64,000 bases of DNA from Lama glama (Eukaryota): NCBI GenBank assembly GCA_028534125.1, contig CM052818.1, forward strand, positions 45,448,001-45,512,000. The letters are read 5' to 3'. Below, one piece after another: positions 13,952-25,093 of this stretch. The position numbers and the translations under genes were made by a program. The notes below the pieces were generated by a model. The model did no database searches. It saw nothing but the letters and a program-made list of their open reading frames with translations, and was not told the origin of the DNA. Within the stretch, counting starts at the first letter, position 1; each line of letters opens with the position of its first letter.

Positions 13952-14330
13952 GTGCACCAGTTACCTGCTGCTGTGTAACAAATATCCCCAAGGTATAGGG
14001 GCTTCAAACAACAATTATATTTAGCTTGTCATTTTGTGTCAGTGATTTGAGTGGGGCTCTGGGAGGTGTCTTTCTGGGCTGAGCTGACCTTCACTATGCT
14101 AGGCTTAATGTCACTTGCTTGTCTGGGCATCTGTCTACATGTGTCTCATCCTCCAGCAGGCTACTTGGACTTGGTGGCAAAAGGGCTCCCAGGCCAAGAG
14201 TAGAAGCTGCAAAACCTCCTCAGGTCTAAGCACAGAACTCCAATGTTGTTTCCGCCAAGGCCAGATTCAAAGGATGAGAAAGAGGCTCCATCTCTTCATG
14301 CCAGAAGTGCGCACCCTGCATTGTTTTGTT
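13952..14330 (-). mobile_element. Old MaLR LTR (MLT1-like)
   Basis: ccagttacctgctgctgtgtaacaaatatccccaa...ggccagattcaaagg...ctccatctcttcatg; boundaries approximate. Confidence 0.55.
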
Positions 14331-17329
14331 GACTAACTTCATTCCATTATGTGAATAAATTCCTGACCCCTGAAGCCAGGGTGTTTTTGGCTAAAACGTG
14401 ATAGAGGCACAGAGCCTTTAACAGAGATCAAATCCTTCCTCTCTCTATACCCTGAACACTAAAAAATAATAAAAGTTTCCATTTGTTGATCATAGGAGGG
14501 AGTAGGCGGATACAGCAAGCGGGCTCTGAGGAGGCTTTGCCGCGATGGGGCCGGGCCTGGAAGGAAAGGCAGGCGTTCTCCGGGCTGAGAGGCGGAGCCA
14601 GGTGCCCATGAGGGCATCGCCACAGTGGGAGCCAATAAGCAGGTGAGGGAAGGGCCGGGGCGGAGGGTGTGAGGAGTGCTGGGCGCCCCAGATCTCCTGG
14701 CCTCCTTCCTATTGGGCCAGTGGGTGAGACGCTGACTCAGCCCCCTGTGGGTTCTGGAAGAGCAAGGGTCACGTGCCTCTGGTGCCTCCTTCCTCAGAGA
14801 GTATCCCGTGCAGGAACAGAGCCCGTCCAGGGCTGGATAACGGCAGCGATGACACAGGTGCTTCCATGGAGCACACGCCCTGTGCCGGGCACTGCTCCCC
14901 GCGCTTTCCCCGGAGGGCGACACCTACGGACCCGGGCTGCTGGCTTCCCGAATCAGCTCCGCGGCTTGCGGGCTCTGCACCCCCAGACAGTGCGTCATTT
15001 CTCTTTCTCCTTTGTGAGCTGGTGATGGCACCACAGCCCTCATGGGTCTCCACTGAGGGCGGCATCTCAGCTACTTAGCCCAGGGCCTGAACTCAGCAAG
15101 AACCCCATAAACATTGCAGTTAATGAAGACCAGTTCAGTGCCCTTCCGTTGACCAATCAAGGTGCCCAGCTGGTTTCAGGGACACCACGTGTTTGTGTTT
15201 ACTTCTCTTTCTCAGCTCCCCAGTAACCTGCACGGGAGTCGGCAGACTGGCTCACTTTATGCTACAAAAGGGTGTCATGATGTGCCCTGGATTCACAGGG
15301 TGAATCTGTGGGGTTTGGCCATCTTGAAACAAAATGGCGGCTGAGAGATGTTCTCAAGTGAGCGTATCTAGTGCAGCTGAACTGAGTGGGATTAGAAACC
15401 CCCCAGCTACTAACTCACGATTGTTCTTAATCAGAAAGTCAACTATCAACTGTAAGAAGAAGAAGTTTAAGTGATGATTACTATTACTTCTAAATCCACC
15501 TTGCCTATAACTAGAGTTTATTTCTACTATCTCAAGAAGAGAGACTCCATTTTTCTGTTGATAAAAAATGTTAGTGATTTTTTTAAATGGAAACTCTCAG
15601 GAGAATATTCCATACGCACAAAGTTTATGACCTTCACCGAAGGCAACCACAGGCTTTTTATTTTTTTTTTCTTCTTAGAATAGGGGTGCCTGTATTCACA
15701 CCTGTTTCCCTAGACTCATCTCACCTTTCTGTGCTCCCACCTCGTCTTCATGTTTCTGCCATCACAGAGGTCAGATGGGGGTCAACGGCTCCCATGAGAA
15801 AGGAAAGCTGAACACTCCTCATCTCTTGTAGCAGGAAGACACAGGCAAACACGTTATGGTTTCTGGTGGGGTTGATGTGTGGGGCACACAACCACATGCT
15901 GCTGTGTGGACTTGTTGTTCCCACGAAATGAGTCTTTCATGGTGGGAAGGGAATATTAAGTTTTTTGATTGGATGCCTGTCAGCATTGTTCGAGGGGGAA
16001 AAATGCCAGACTCCACCAGCAAACAGTCTTGGCAAAGCATCAGCTGGAAGGTGCTCCTTTATCCACCACGGCATTTCTTTGTGGTTACTTCCTGTTGCTC
16101 TTGTGCCTATACATTCGTTCATTCAGTACTTACCCCATATCTTCCATGTGCTGGGGATACACAGACCAAGAACACAAGGTCCCACCTTAAGGAGCTCACA
16201 TTTGAGGGGGTGGGGCAGTAGGGGGAGAAAAGCAAACAAAAGGCCAGGGCCCAGTGCCCTGGTGAAGAGAGCCTCAGTGGACAGACAGGCCACCAGCTCA
16301 GCTTGGGACAGGAGAGGCTGCCAGGGTGAGCTATGGCCGTTGGGTCTAGAAGAATGAGTAGACCTCACCAGGGAAAGAACTGACAGCTATAAATGTTCAG
16401 AAGAGGGAGAGGGTGTCAGGTCAGACCCCTCCAGCAATAGTAGGGGGCTGCAGCACACAGGCACACAAAACCCATAATTGTTTGTTGGGTTGTGTCTCTT
16501 GCCCCCTGGACTGTGAACTTTAGGATTCAGATGGCATTTCTTTCTTCTGTGGCAGCGCCTCTCAATGGGATTGAGGCTGGTGGGGCTACTCAGTGAACAG
16601 ACAGTGAGTCAAACAAGGGCCATCACATAGCTGACCCTGCCGTGGGCGCCATTTTGTTCTGATCCAAAAGGAACTTGACACCCTTGCTCCTTTGGTGGAG
16701 CCTGGGACTTGGAGTTCTGATCTCTGAGTGCTTGCTGGGTGCCTCAAAACCCCAAGATTCTTCCTCTCTCTGCACCAAGCTACAGAAACAACAATGGAAA
16801 AGGCAGTATTTCAAACCTGACTCTGAAATGCCAATGCCATCCCCAAAAGTGGGATGTGTGTCTCCTTTTTGGTCTATAAATTAATGTCGAAGGAAGACAT
16901 ATGAGTAGAACATCATATCCTTGAAAAAAAATAAATTCTTTGATCAAAGAGGAATGTTTGGTAAACTTGCTCAGAGTTAAACTAATTAGTTTGGGAGCAG
17001 ATAGAATCTCCCTGAAGTGCTCTGCTGCTAGATTAGTATTGGTCAAGATGTTTGAAGTTCAGACGAGAGCGGATGCTCAGAGGAGAAGCCCATTTGAATA
17101 ATTGGCATCACGTGGTGTTCCCAAAAACTGTCTCCCAACGCGCAACCCTCCTGGAGAGATGAAAGAGACACTTCCCTGTAACTGAACTGGCTCTGCTGCC
17201 AATGGAGATGTTCTGGAAACTTTTAAGGACAGGTGGCTTATGATCTTTTCCTGAAAACTAAGGGTTTGCACGAACAAGTGGGAAGAGAAACGAGTTTGGA
17301 GGAGGTGACCTTCTCTAAGGTCTGGACCA

Positions 17330-17548
17330 CAGTGGAGTTTCTTAACCTTGGAACTGCTAACTTTTAGGGCCAGATCATTCCTTGTCATGCGGGCTGCTCT
17401 GTGCATTGTGAGACATAAGCCAACGGCCCTACCCTCTCCCCATGAGATGCCAGGAACACACACATTCTTCCCATCGTGACAACCAAAGATGTCTCCAGAC
17501 ATTGCAAAATGTCCCCTGGGAGGCCAAAATCACCCCAAGTTGACTGGA
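17330..17548. mobile_element. MER20-like hAT DNA transposon
   Basis: ttcttaaccttggaactgctaac...gtgacaaccaaagatgtctccagacattgcaaaatgtcccctggg. Confidence 0.75.
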
Positions 17549-20500
17549 CTAGACCAATATAATCTATTCTTGGCATCAAACAAAATTTGGAACCCAGAGC
17601 ATCAAGTCAGAAACTTCCTTTGTCAGAGAATGTTTTCTCCTCTAGCTAATTGCTGTCCTCTTCCTAGCCTGTAGTTAAGACAAAGATGTATTTTTAAATA
17701 TTTATTTATTTATGTATTTATTTATTTTCTTTTTTAAACACCTTCATTGTGGTATGATCCCTGTGCAGTAAACTACATATATTTCAGATGTACAATTTGG
17801 TGAATTTTGATAGATATATACACTAATGACCACCACCACCACCACAATCAAGATAGCTGACATTTCCATCACTCCCCAAGAGGTGCAAATTTCAAAATCC
17901 CAATGAAGACAGAAATTTAAGTTGCAATTCTCAATGACTCATCTGCAGTATTGCAGCCAAGATCGGAGTTGCATCTCCTCATTGCTGTGACATTAGCTAG
18001 GTCATCTCTCAGGGCCTCAGTTTCCCCGCCTGTGAAGTATAGAGAGGAGGCCCATACCATTTGAATGGTGGGGAGTCCATGAGCTGACGTGGATGGTGCC
18101 TGGCACACAGCAGGGGAGGTCCTTTGCTGTTGGCTTAACTTGTTCACAGCCTATCTCACACACTTAAAAAGATCCGGGAGACCATTCTCTCTCTGTGACA
18201 GGCACACAGGGCTCAGGGGAAGAGCGTGGGCTTTGGGCTCAGTTAGGCCAAACTCAACCTCTGGCCCCACCATTGCCCAGCTGGGTCCAGGGCTGAGTCA
18301 CGTAGCATCCTCACATTTCCCTCTCTTCCCCTGAGAAAATGGGGTTAATTATCCCCATCTTGGCAAGGATGAAGTGGAGCGACACCTGTAACAGTTCCCA
18401 ACACATGGCGGATTCAGGGACATAGTGAAGGATCACGTCTGGGTCAGTCCGAGTGCGAAGCCCAAGTCCCAGGAGGCGGGGATCAAAGCCAACACAACCC
18501 TTGATCCAGGGGGAGTCGACCAGGCAGCACTTGTCTGGGAATGTTCGGGAATAGCTTCACCTCAGACGTGGCTTCTGTGCAGCATTAAACTAGGCACAAG
18601 TTTATGTCGGCTAGCTGAGCACTTTATAGTGTCTAGAACCATGAAATATCGGCCCTGAAGGGACAGTTGATGATCATCTCCTTCAGAGGTTCCAGACAGT
18701 CGGTTTTCTCTAAGCAAGAAAATGTTCTTCCAAACCAAGCCATTTGTTCCCCAGAGACTATAAAACTAGCAAAGAGCCAGGGGCAGGTGGGGAGCAGAGT
18801 TCGGTGGAATCCCCTGGGGTCTCCCTCCGGGAACCCTTGGGCTCCAAGATGCGTGAGTCCAGAAGCATTTCCTTCTTGGTCTAGATTTGGCCTTCAGGTT
18901 GCGTCTCCTTTCTCTTCCTCTGAGAATTGTGGTTCTCAACAGCATCAAGAGTATCCTGCTATGCACACTCTCCGATGTAATCACAACAGCAGTATCTCCA
19001 TTGGCGCCACGAGGACCGCCACTGAACGCAGTCTTGACGTTGAAACACCGTCAGTAGAAATTATTCTTCTCTGGGCATTTATGGCACCAGTTTGACACGC
19101 AAACATTCATTTAATCAGTGTGTTTTTATTTTTTATGGATTGCCTTGCTGTTCTGTTTTATTGACTTTTGTCTTTTTCAAGTTCCAGGACATTTGCAGTC
19201 AGTTCCAAAATTAACGCGTGAAACAAGGCACACTCAGAGAGAGCTCCAGCTTCCACGTCTGCGTCCCTCCTCTGGGCCTGATCTCGCTCTTCCCACGGGC
19301 AACCCTTTCAAAATGACTGTTTGCCTTACTCTACCATTGTTTCTTTGTGAAAAATAAGCAAATACATCTTTCGAGCCTATTTATATACTGAATATGTGTA
19401 TATATATATGTATCATATGTGTATATTAGAGTATTATCTAATATATACATAAATAGTATACACAGAATTTTTAAATTAGCATATTGCATATGCATCATGC
19501 TTCTTTCTCTCAAAATATCTTGGAGATCTCTTCCATGACAGAATATGGAGATTTTGCTCATTCCTAAAATTAGCACCTACAACCCTTTCATTCTGACAGG
19601 TAGGGACACTGGCCTAGAGAATCCTGTCTGTCCCCCGTGCCCAGCGTCGGGGTGGGGGGATCTGAGGGGCCACGGGTCCAGCCCAGGCCTCTCTCTACTA
19701 GTCACACACTTGGCCAGGGCCCATTGAGACTAGAGGTCTTTCCAAGCTTGTGGGCTGAGGTCGTGTCTGTGCAGCCCAGTCCCCTGCCCCAGGCAGAGGG
19801 CCAGAGCTCCCTGGGGACCTTATCCAGACCACAGTCCCATAGGACCAGGCACAGACCCCAGAATGGAGGCCACAAGCAGCTTAGGCAACTCCTAAGTCCC
19901 ACAGTTCCCTGCACAGACAAGCAGCCCGAGTCTGGGAGAGGCCCCAGCTTCCCCACAGACACCAGTCATGTCTCAGGCTCTGCCTTCATGGGCAGGAGGC
20001 GGGGGCTCTTCCCAGAGGGGCTGGACCGGGGGAGTGGAGCCTGGGGACCTGTCTGGAATCACGGCTCTGCCTGCCTGTGCTGTGTGGCCCTGGGTGAGGG
20101 TCCTCATCTGTCCAGTGGGGACCCCAAGCTGCAGCTCTCACTGCTGGCTGAGCAAGGTGTATGAGCCTGGAGAGAGCGTTTCCTGCACACGATGGGCGGC
20201 TACAGACAGGGTAGGAAGGGGGTAGGTACAGGTCAGAGAGCAGGGGTCAGGGTCACCTTCCTGATCTGCCTCCTCGTCCCTGAACCAGGCCTGCCTCTGC
20301 TCAGGGCCAGACACTCACCTGGGAATGAACTGAGAGCCTCCAGCAGAGGTGACAGAAAGGTGACAGAAACTCTGGAGAGCTGCTGGGGTCTGAGTGACCG
20401 GGACAAGGCCCCATCAAGGCCCCAGCTGCCCTCCCGTGGACATTTCTCCACGAGCCAGCCCAGAAGTGCCCGAGCCCCGAGGCCCTGTCCTCCAGCCCCC

Positions 20501-22929
20501 TCCCTCTAGTGATAGATAATTCCCAGCGACCCCCCAAGCTCCCGAGTGGCTTCCGCCGTAATTTCTATTCTATGATCACTTTGGCCTCTCGATAATCCTG
20601 GGGCAGAGGCAGGGGAGCTGTTGTTACCTTGGCTTTGCAGATGGGAAAATCAAGGCACGGAGGCCACCAAAACCAGAGCGTCAGTGGGAAATGCAGGGAG
20701 GGAAACTTGACCTTCCCTCTTCAGAGACAGTGTGTTCCCCTGCTCGGGTAGCACCTTAGAGAGTCCCCAGGCTTCTCTGAATCACAGCTTTTCTTCTCTG
20801 TAAAATTAGATGATCTCAAAAGTCCCTTCCAACACTCAGTTGACTCCTCAAATTCCAAGAATCAAGGAACATGAATTTCCTTCTGCTCCCCGATCTGTGT
20901 CAGCCCCTCCTTGGGGGGAGGTCTGTCCTCTGTCCCTGCAGAGCACCTCCAGGTGCCCATATTTGGTGGGACAGGGGCCCCACTGACCGGGTCTGCAGGT
21001 GTTCGTCCCTCCCCCGCTCTTAGTCACCTGCCCAGGAATGCAGCACTCGGGGGAGATGACGGAGCGTCTCGGCCTCTCCTGATTGCCAGATGCTCCCCAA
21101 GCGCCTGCTTCCTGCTCCAGCTCTTGCCAGACGGCGGCTCCAAGCACTTGGGATCCCAAGTGAGGGATCTCACCTCTGTGTTCCATTATGTCACAGGTTT
21201 TATCTTTCTCTCCTTCTGCATAAAACAGGGAATTTAGAGGGAAAAGATTTCTTGAAGATAAAGTTAAGATCCTAATGCTTCACCGCATAAATTCCTTGTG
21301 AGGAATCAATGAGATAAGATGGAAAAAATCTCATTCAGCCGAGAGCTGGCCCAGACCAGGACGTGGTGGATCCTTGCAGGGCTGGGGACCTCCATGTGCA
21401 CGTTTAGCCAAACACTGACTAGTTGAGTTTTCATCACACACTCTTGGCAGGGGTCCAGGGTGGGGGGCCTGTTTTCCAGATCAGGAAACACCCAGAGAAA
21501 TTAAAACCCTCTTGAAGTCACAGAGAGGGAGTGGCAAAGCTGAGACTGAAATATAGTGATTGGAAATGTTGGCCCTTCACTGTCGCCCAGAGGCAGCAGC
21601 AGCTTGGGTAGGCTGGACCCCAGTGCCCGCTTCAGGGGTGCACACGCCTGGGACCCCACCCTCGGGCTTGCCTTCCCCTCCATCAGACAGCACCTCCTCC
21701 CCAGAAGAGACCCCTCTGCAGACACACAGGGTCCTGGAGCAAGCAAGGCCGACACACCTTTTCTTTCCTCTGGGGGCCCATTCATCTCATGTTATAATTT
21801 TCAAATCTAAATGTATTTTCTTAATTTGCCAGATAAGTAGTGAAATTATAGGACTCTTCAGCCTATCCTGTATACTCCCATTTTTCTGTGTATCTGATAT
21901 ACCAAAAAATAAAAATCACTTTTTTTTTCAGTATCAGGTACTTTACATGCATTGACTAAGGGGCCCAGGAGTTACAGCTTTCACCCCAAATCTCACACCT
22001 AATGGGGGCAGGGCTAGAATCCAGCCAGATCTTCTTGGACCCCAAGCCCGTGATTACCCCACTCTGCCTCTGCTTCCCCCAGTGGAGAACCCGGGTTTGT
22101 CTGCCTGCCCCCCTCCCCGGGCTCCCCAGCCTGGGACTTAATTACACACGTGGAAAGGCTTCAGGCAGAGATGAAAGAGATCAACAATACGGAATTTTCC
22201 ACACAAAGGCATCCAGTATGAAAGCTCTATCTATCTATTTATCATCTATTAATTTTTTTTTTTTTTTACAGAGGGTAATTGACTCTCTCAACACAGCTCA
22301 GAGGCAGGTGGAGACGGTCTCTCCTTTTTTCTTATGAAGAAAGGAGCCTAGAGATGCGGGCTGGGTGGCTTTCTCAGGGATGTGTGTTTGAACGTGAACT
22401 AGAACGGAGGGTAGCCCGGGCTTGTTTTTCCTTCAAACAACCTGATCCCAGCCTGTGCCTCGGCTTCCCCTGGTGGTCACCGCTCAGATCTGCCAAGGGG
22501 TGTTAGAATGTCACCAAACCCTCGTCCAAGCTCAAGCACCTGGAGCAGAGGCTAAGGCCAGAAGGGGCTTCTAGAGTTCGCCCTGGAGGCCTGGACTCGT
22601 GTGCCAGACTAGGGTGACAACGTTCACCTCATGAGGTTGTCATAGGATCCCAAGAGCTAACTTGCAGACAGTCCCTAACCCAGGGCCTGGCACACTTATT
22701 AGAGACACATTGTTATTCGCTGGCCTGTGACTGAAATCTGTAATTACCATGCTGCATTGATTATTGGTAGGGAGCAAACATGTTATAATTTTTAAAAATT
22801 ACATGAATTATCTTCTAGACCTTTTTTTTAAACTTTCTGTGACTATATCTGCCTTTGTTTCTGCTTGTATGGAAATTAAGTTTTTGCCTTTTCCTGCAAA
22901 ATTATCTTTTATAGTCTCCTGGATTATGG

Positions 22930-23125
22930 TAATAATACTTTGTACGTTCGCAGTGCCTTTTATCCGGGACTCTCAAAGCACTTCATAAACTTTAATTAAT
23001 TCTTGCAACAAGCCCCGTGAGGTAGGTAAGTATTATTATCCCCATTTTACAGATAAGGAGAGCGAGACACAGAGAAGTTAAGTAATTTGCCAAAGGCCCC
23101 AAAGCAGTCAGTAGCTAAGTCTAAA
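22930..23125 (-). mobile_element. Well-preserved ancient MIR (CORE-SINE)
   Basis: taataatact...ctcaaagcacttcataaac...gtgaggtaggtaagtattattatccccattttacagataaggag...agagaagttaagtaatttgccaaagg. Confidence 0.7.
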
Positions 23126-24963
23126 CAAGACCGCAAAACGCCTGTCTCAGGCCTGGCTTGGCGCACTGGGGCTGGCCTGCTGGTCTCCCGGGCCCCAGGG
23201 CATGATTGATGGGCGGCCTCAATCAATTGCGGTGCCCACATTAAACACACGTTGGACGGCTTACAGGCGTTATGGGGAATGATTTAGGCTGACTCATATG
23301 CTTTGCCCCTGGGTACTGGCCTGTCTTCAGGTGAGCTGAGCAAAGCCATCAAACCCACTTCTCAGATCAGAACGTTCTTGCTACAAAACTGTCTCAGCCA
23401 ATAGATTCCCATTTCCCCCAGATCTGGACTCAAGCAAGCACCTGCTGTGTGCCGGGCATGGTGCTAGCAACCTGTTTTGGCTTGTGTCACCCCCTCTAAA
23501 TGTATTCTTGTGGCAACCCTATGAGTCACTGCTATTATCCAGCCCCGTTTTACAGATGAGGACTATTGAGGCTCCGAAAGTGAAGCGGCATATCCAAAGT
23601 CACACACTAGAACCGAATCACAACCAAGTTCCTCTCAAAGGTGGGTGACCTTGCCACACACCAGCAGACACCTGGTGTCCAACTGGGGTGGCAGGAAAGG
23701 TTATTGATTCTACAATGGCCTTTCCAAGGGGCAACGGTAGGTGATCAAGCTAATAGCTTCTGTTCTTGGATGCATGAGTTAATAAGGAGCTCTCCTGGGA
23801 AGTTCTGACTGTATCCAAGATTTCAGAAAGGAGCGTGGTTCCTCCAGAGACCCTTTCCAAGGGGTGCCCAGCAGAAGGCTCCCACTGTCTGCCCACCCCA
23901 CTCCATCTCTCCTTACTCACCACAGGCAGCAAAACTCCTTCCCTCAGGCTTGAGACATTGAGAGGACCAGGACGCTTCACTTTCTTTCGTCCCAAGTGAC
24001 TGCTGAAGTTGGACAAGCCTGGATTTGAATTCTGGTTCCATACTCACTCATGGTTAATCTTGGGCAAGTCCCAACCTCTCTGCGCCTCAGTTTCCTCATC
24101 CACAGAAGAGTTGTTGCAAGGATGCAGTGAGTTAATGAAGACAGACGCACGCAGCACAGGGTCTGGCAGATAGTAGGTGCTTAGTAAAAGTCCACGTTCT
24201 GCCCTTCTCTTGTCTGATCATTGCCCACATCCTACTGTCATGAGCTGGATGACTCAGCTCAGGGCCAACCAATTCTTTTCTTTGTTGTCTTTGCCAACAT
24301 CCTGGCTTGGACACTTGAGATCCTACCATACCTCACCCAGATCCTTGCAACACCCAAGAGTGGTCAGGCACAAATGCTGCTCTCCACAGTCCTATAGGAC
24401 AGCCCCCTGGGCCAGCGGGTTGGATGGGGGCCACCTAGCCCTGTCTCTCACCAACCGTGGATGTCACTCTTAGCTCTTTCAGATCCTGAGACTCAGACCC
24501 TCTTTGCTAAAGTGAAGTGTTGGACTCAGGGTGCTCCAGGCCTTCAGGTTTCCAGACCTGAGGTCCCCGGCAGGATTCCCTTCTCCCCTGATGGCTTTAG
24601 AGCTGCAGGCTCGGCCTCGAGCAATGCCAGTGCCACTAGGTTGAGGGGCGGTGATCCAGTCTGAATGAGCAGGCTTCTCTCAGGTAGGGCAAATCTGAGA
24701 GAAGGTAACACCGTTTTCTGTTGGATTATATCTTTAAAAAATAAAAATCGTTACACAACAACACTTAAACTGTAAAGAAGTTCTAAAACATTAGCCCTGC
24801 CTGTCTCTCTCCTTTACCTGTGGGCTCCCCTTGGTTTTTCTCTGCTCCTCAGGCCACACTTCCTTTCAGGCTTAGCTGCTGAATCTTAATTTAGTGGGTG
24901 AGAACCCCTTCCCCGGACACGCTCAAGGTCTTGGTCAGCTTGGTACTAAAAGTTCTTCTTGCA

Positions 24964-25093
24964 GGGGAGGGTCTAGCTCAGCAGTAGAGCGTGTGCTTAG
25001 CATGCACAAGTCCTGGGTTCAGCGCCCAGTGCCTCTGTTAAAAATAATAATAATAATAAACAAATAAATAAGCCTAATTATCACACACACTCA
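24964..25093 (+). mobile_element. tRNA-derived camelid SINE (Vic-1-like)
   Basis: GGGGAGGGTCTAGCTCAGCAGTAGAGCGTGTGCTTAGCATGCACAAGTCCTGGGTTCA head (A/B-box-like), AAT-rich tail, and a 16-bp TSD with 2 mismatches (24948-24963, 25094-25109). Confidence 0.85.

Noticed and set aside
24964..25035. tRNA-like sequence with A/B boxes
   Set aside because: It has an A-rich tail, a TSD and related copies elsewhere in the window, so it is a SINE head and not a tRNA gene.
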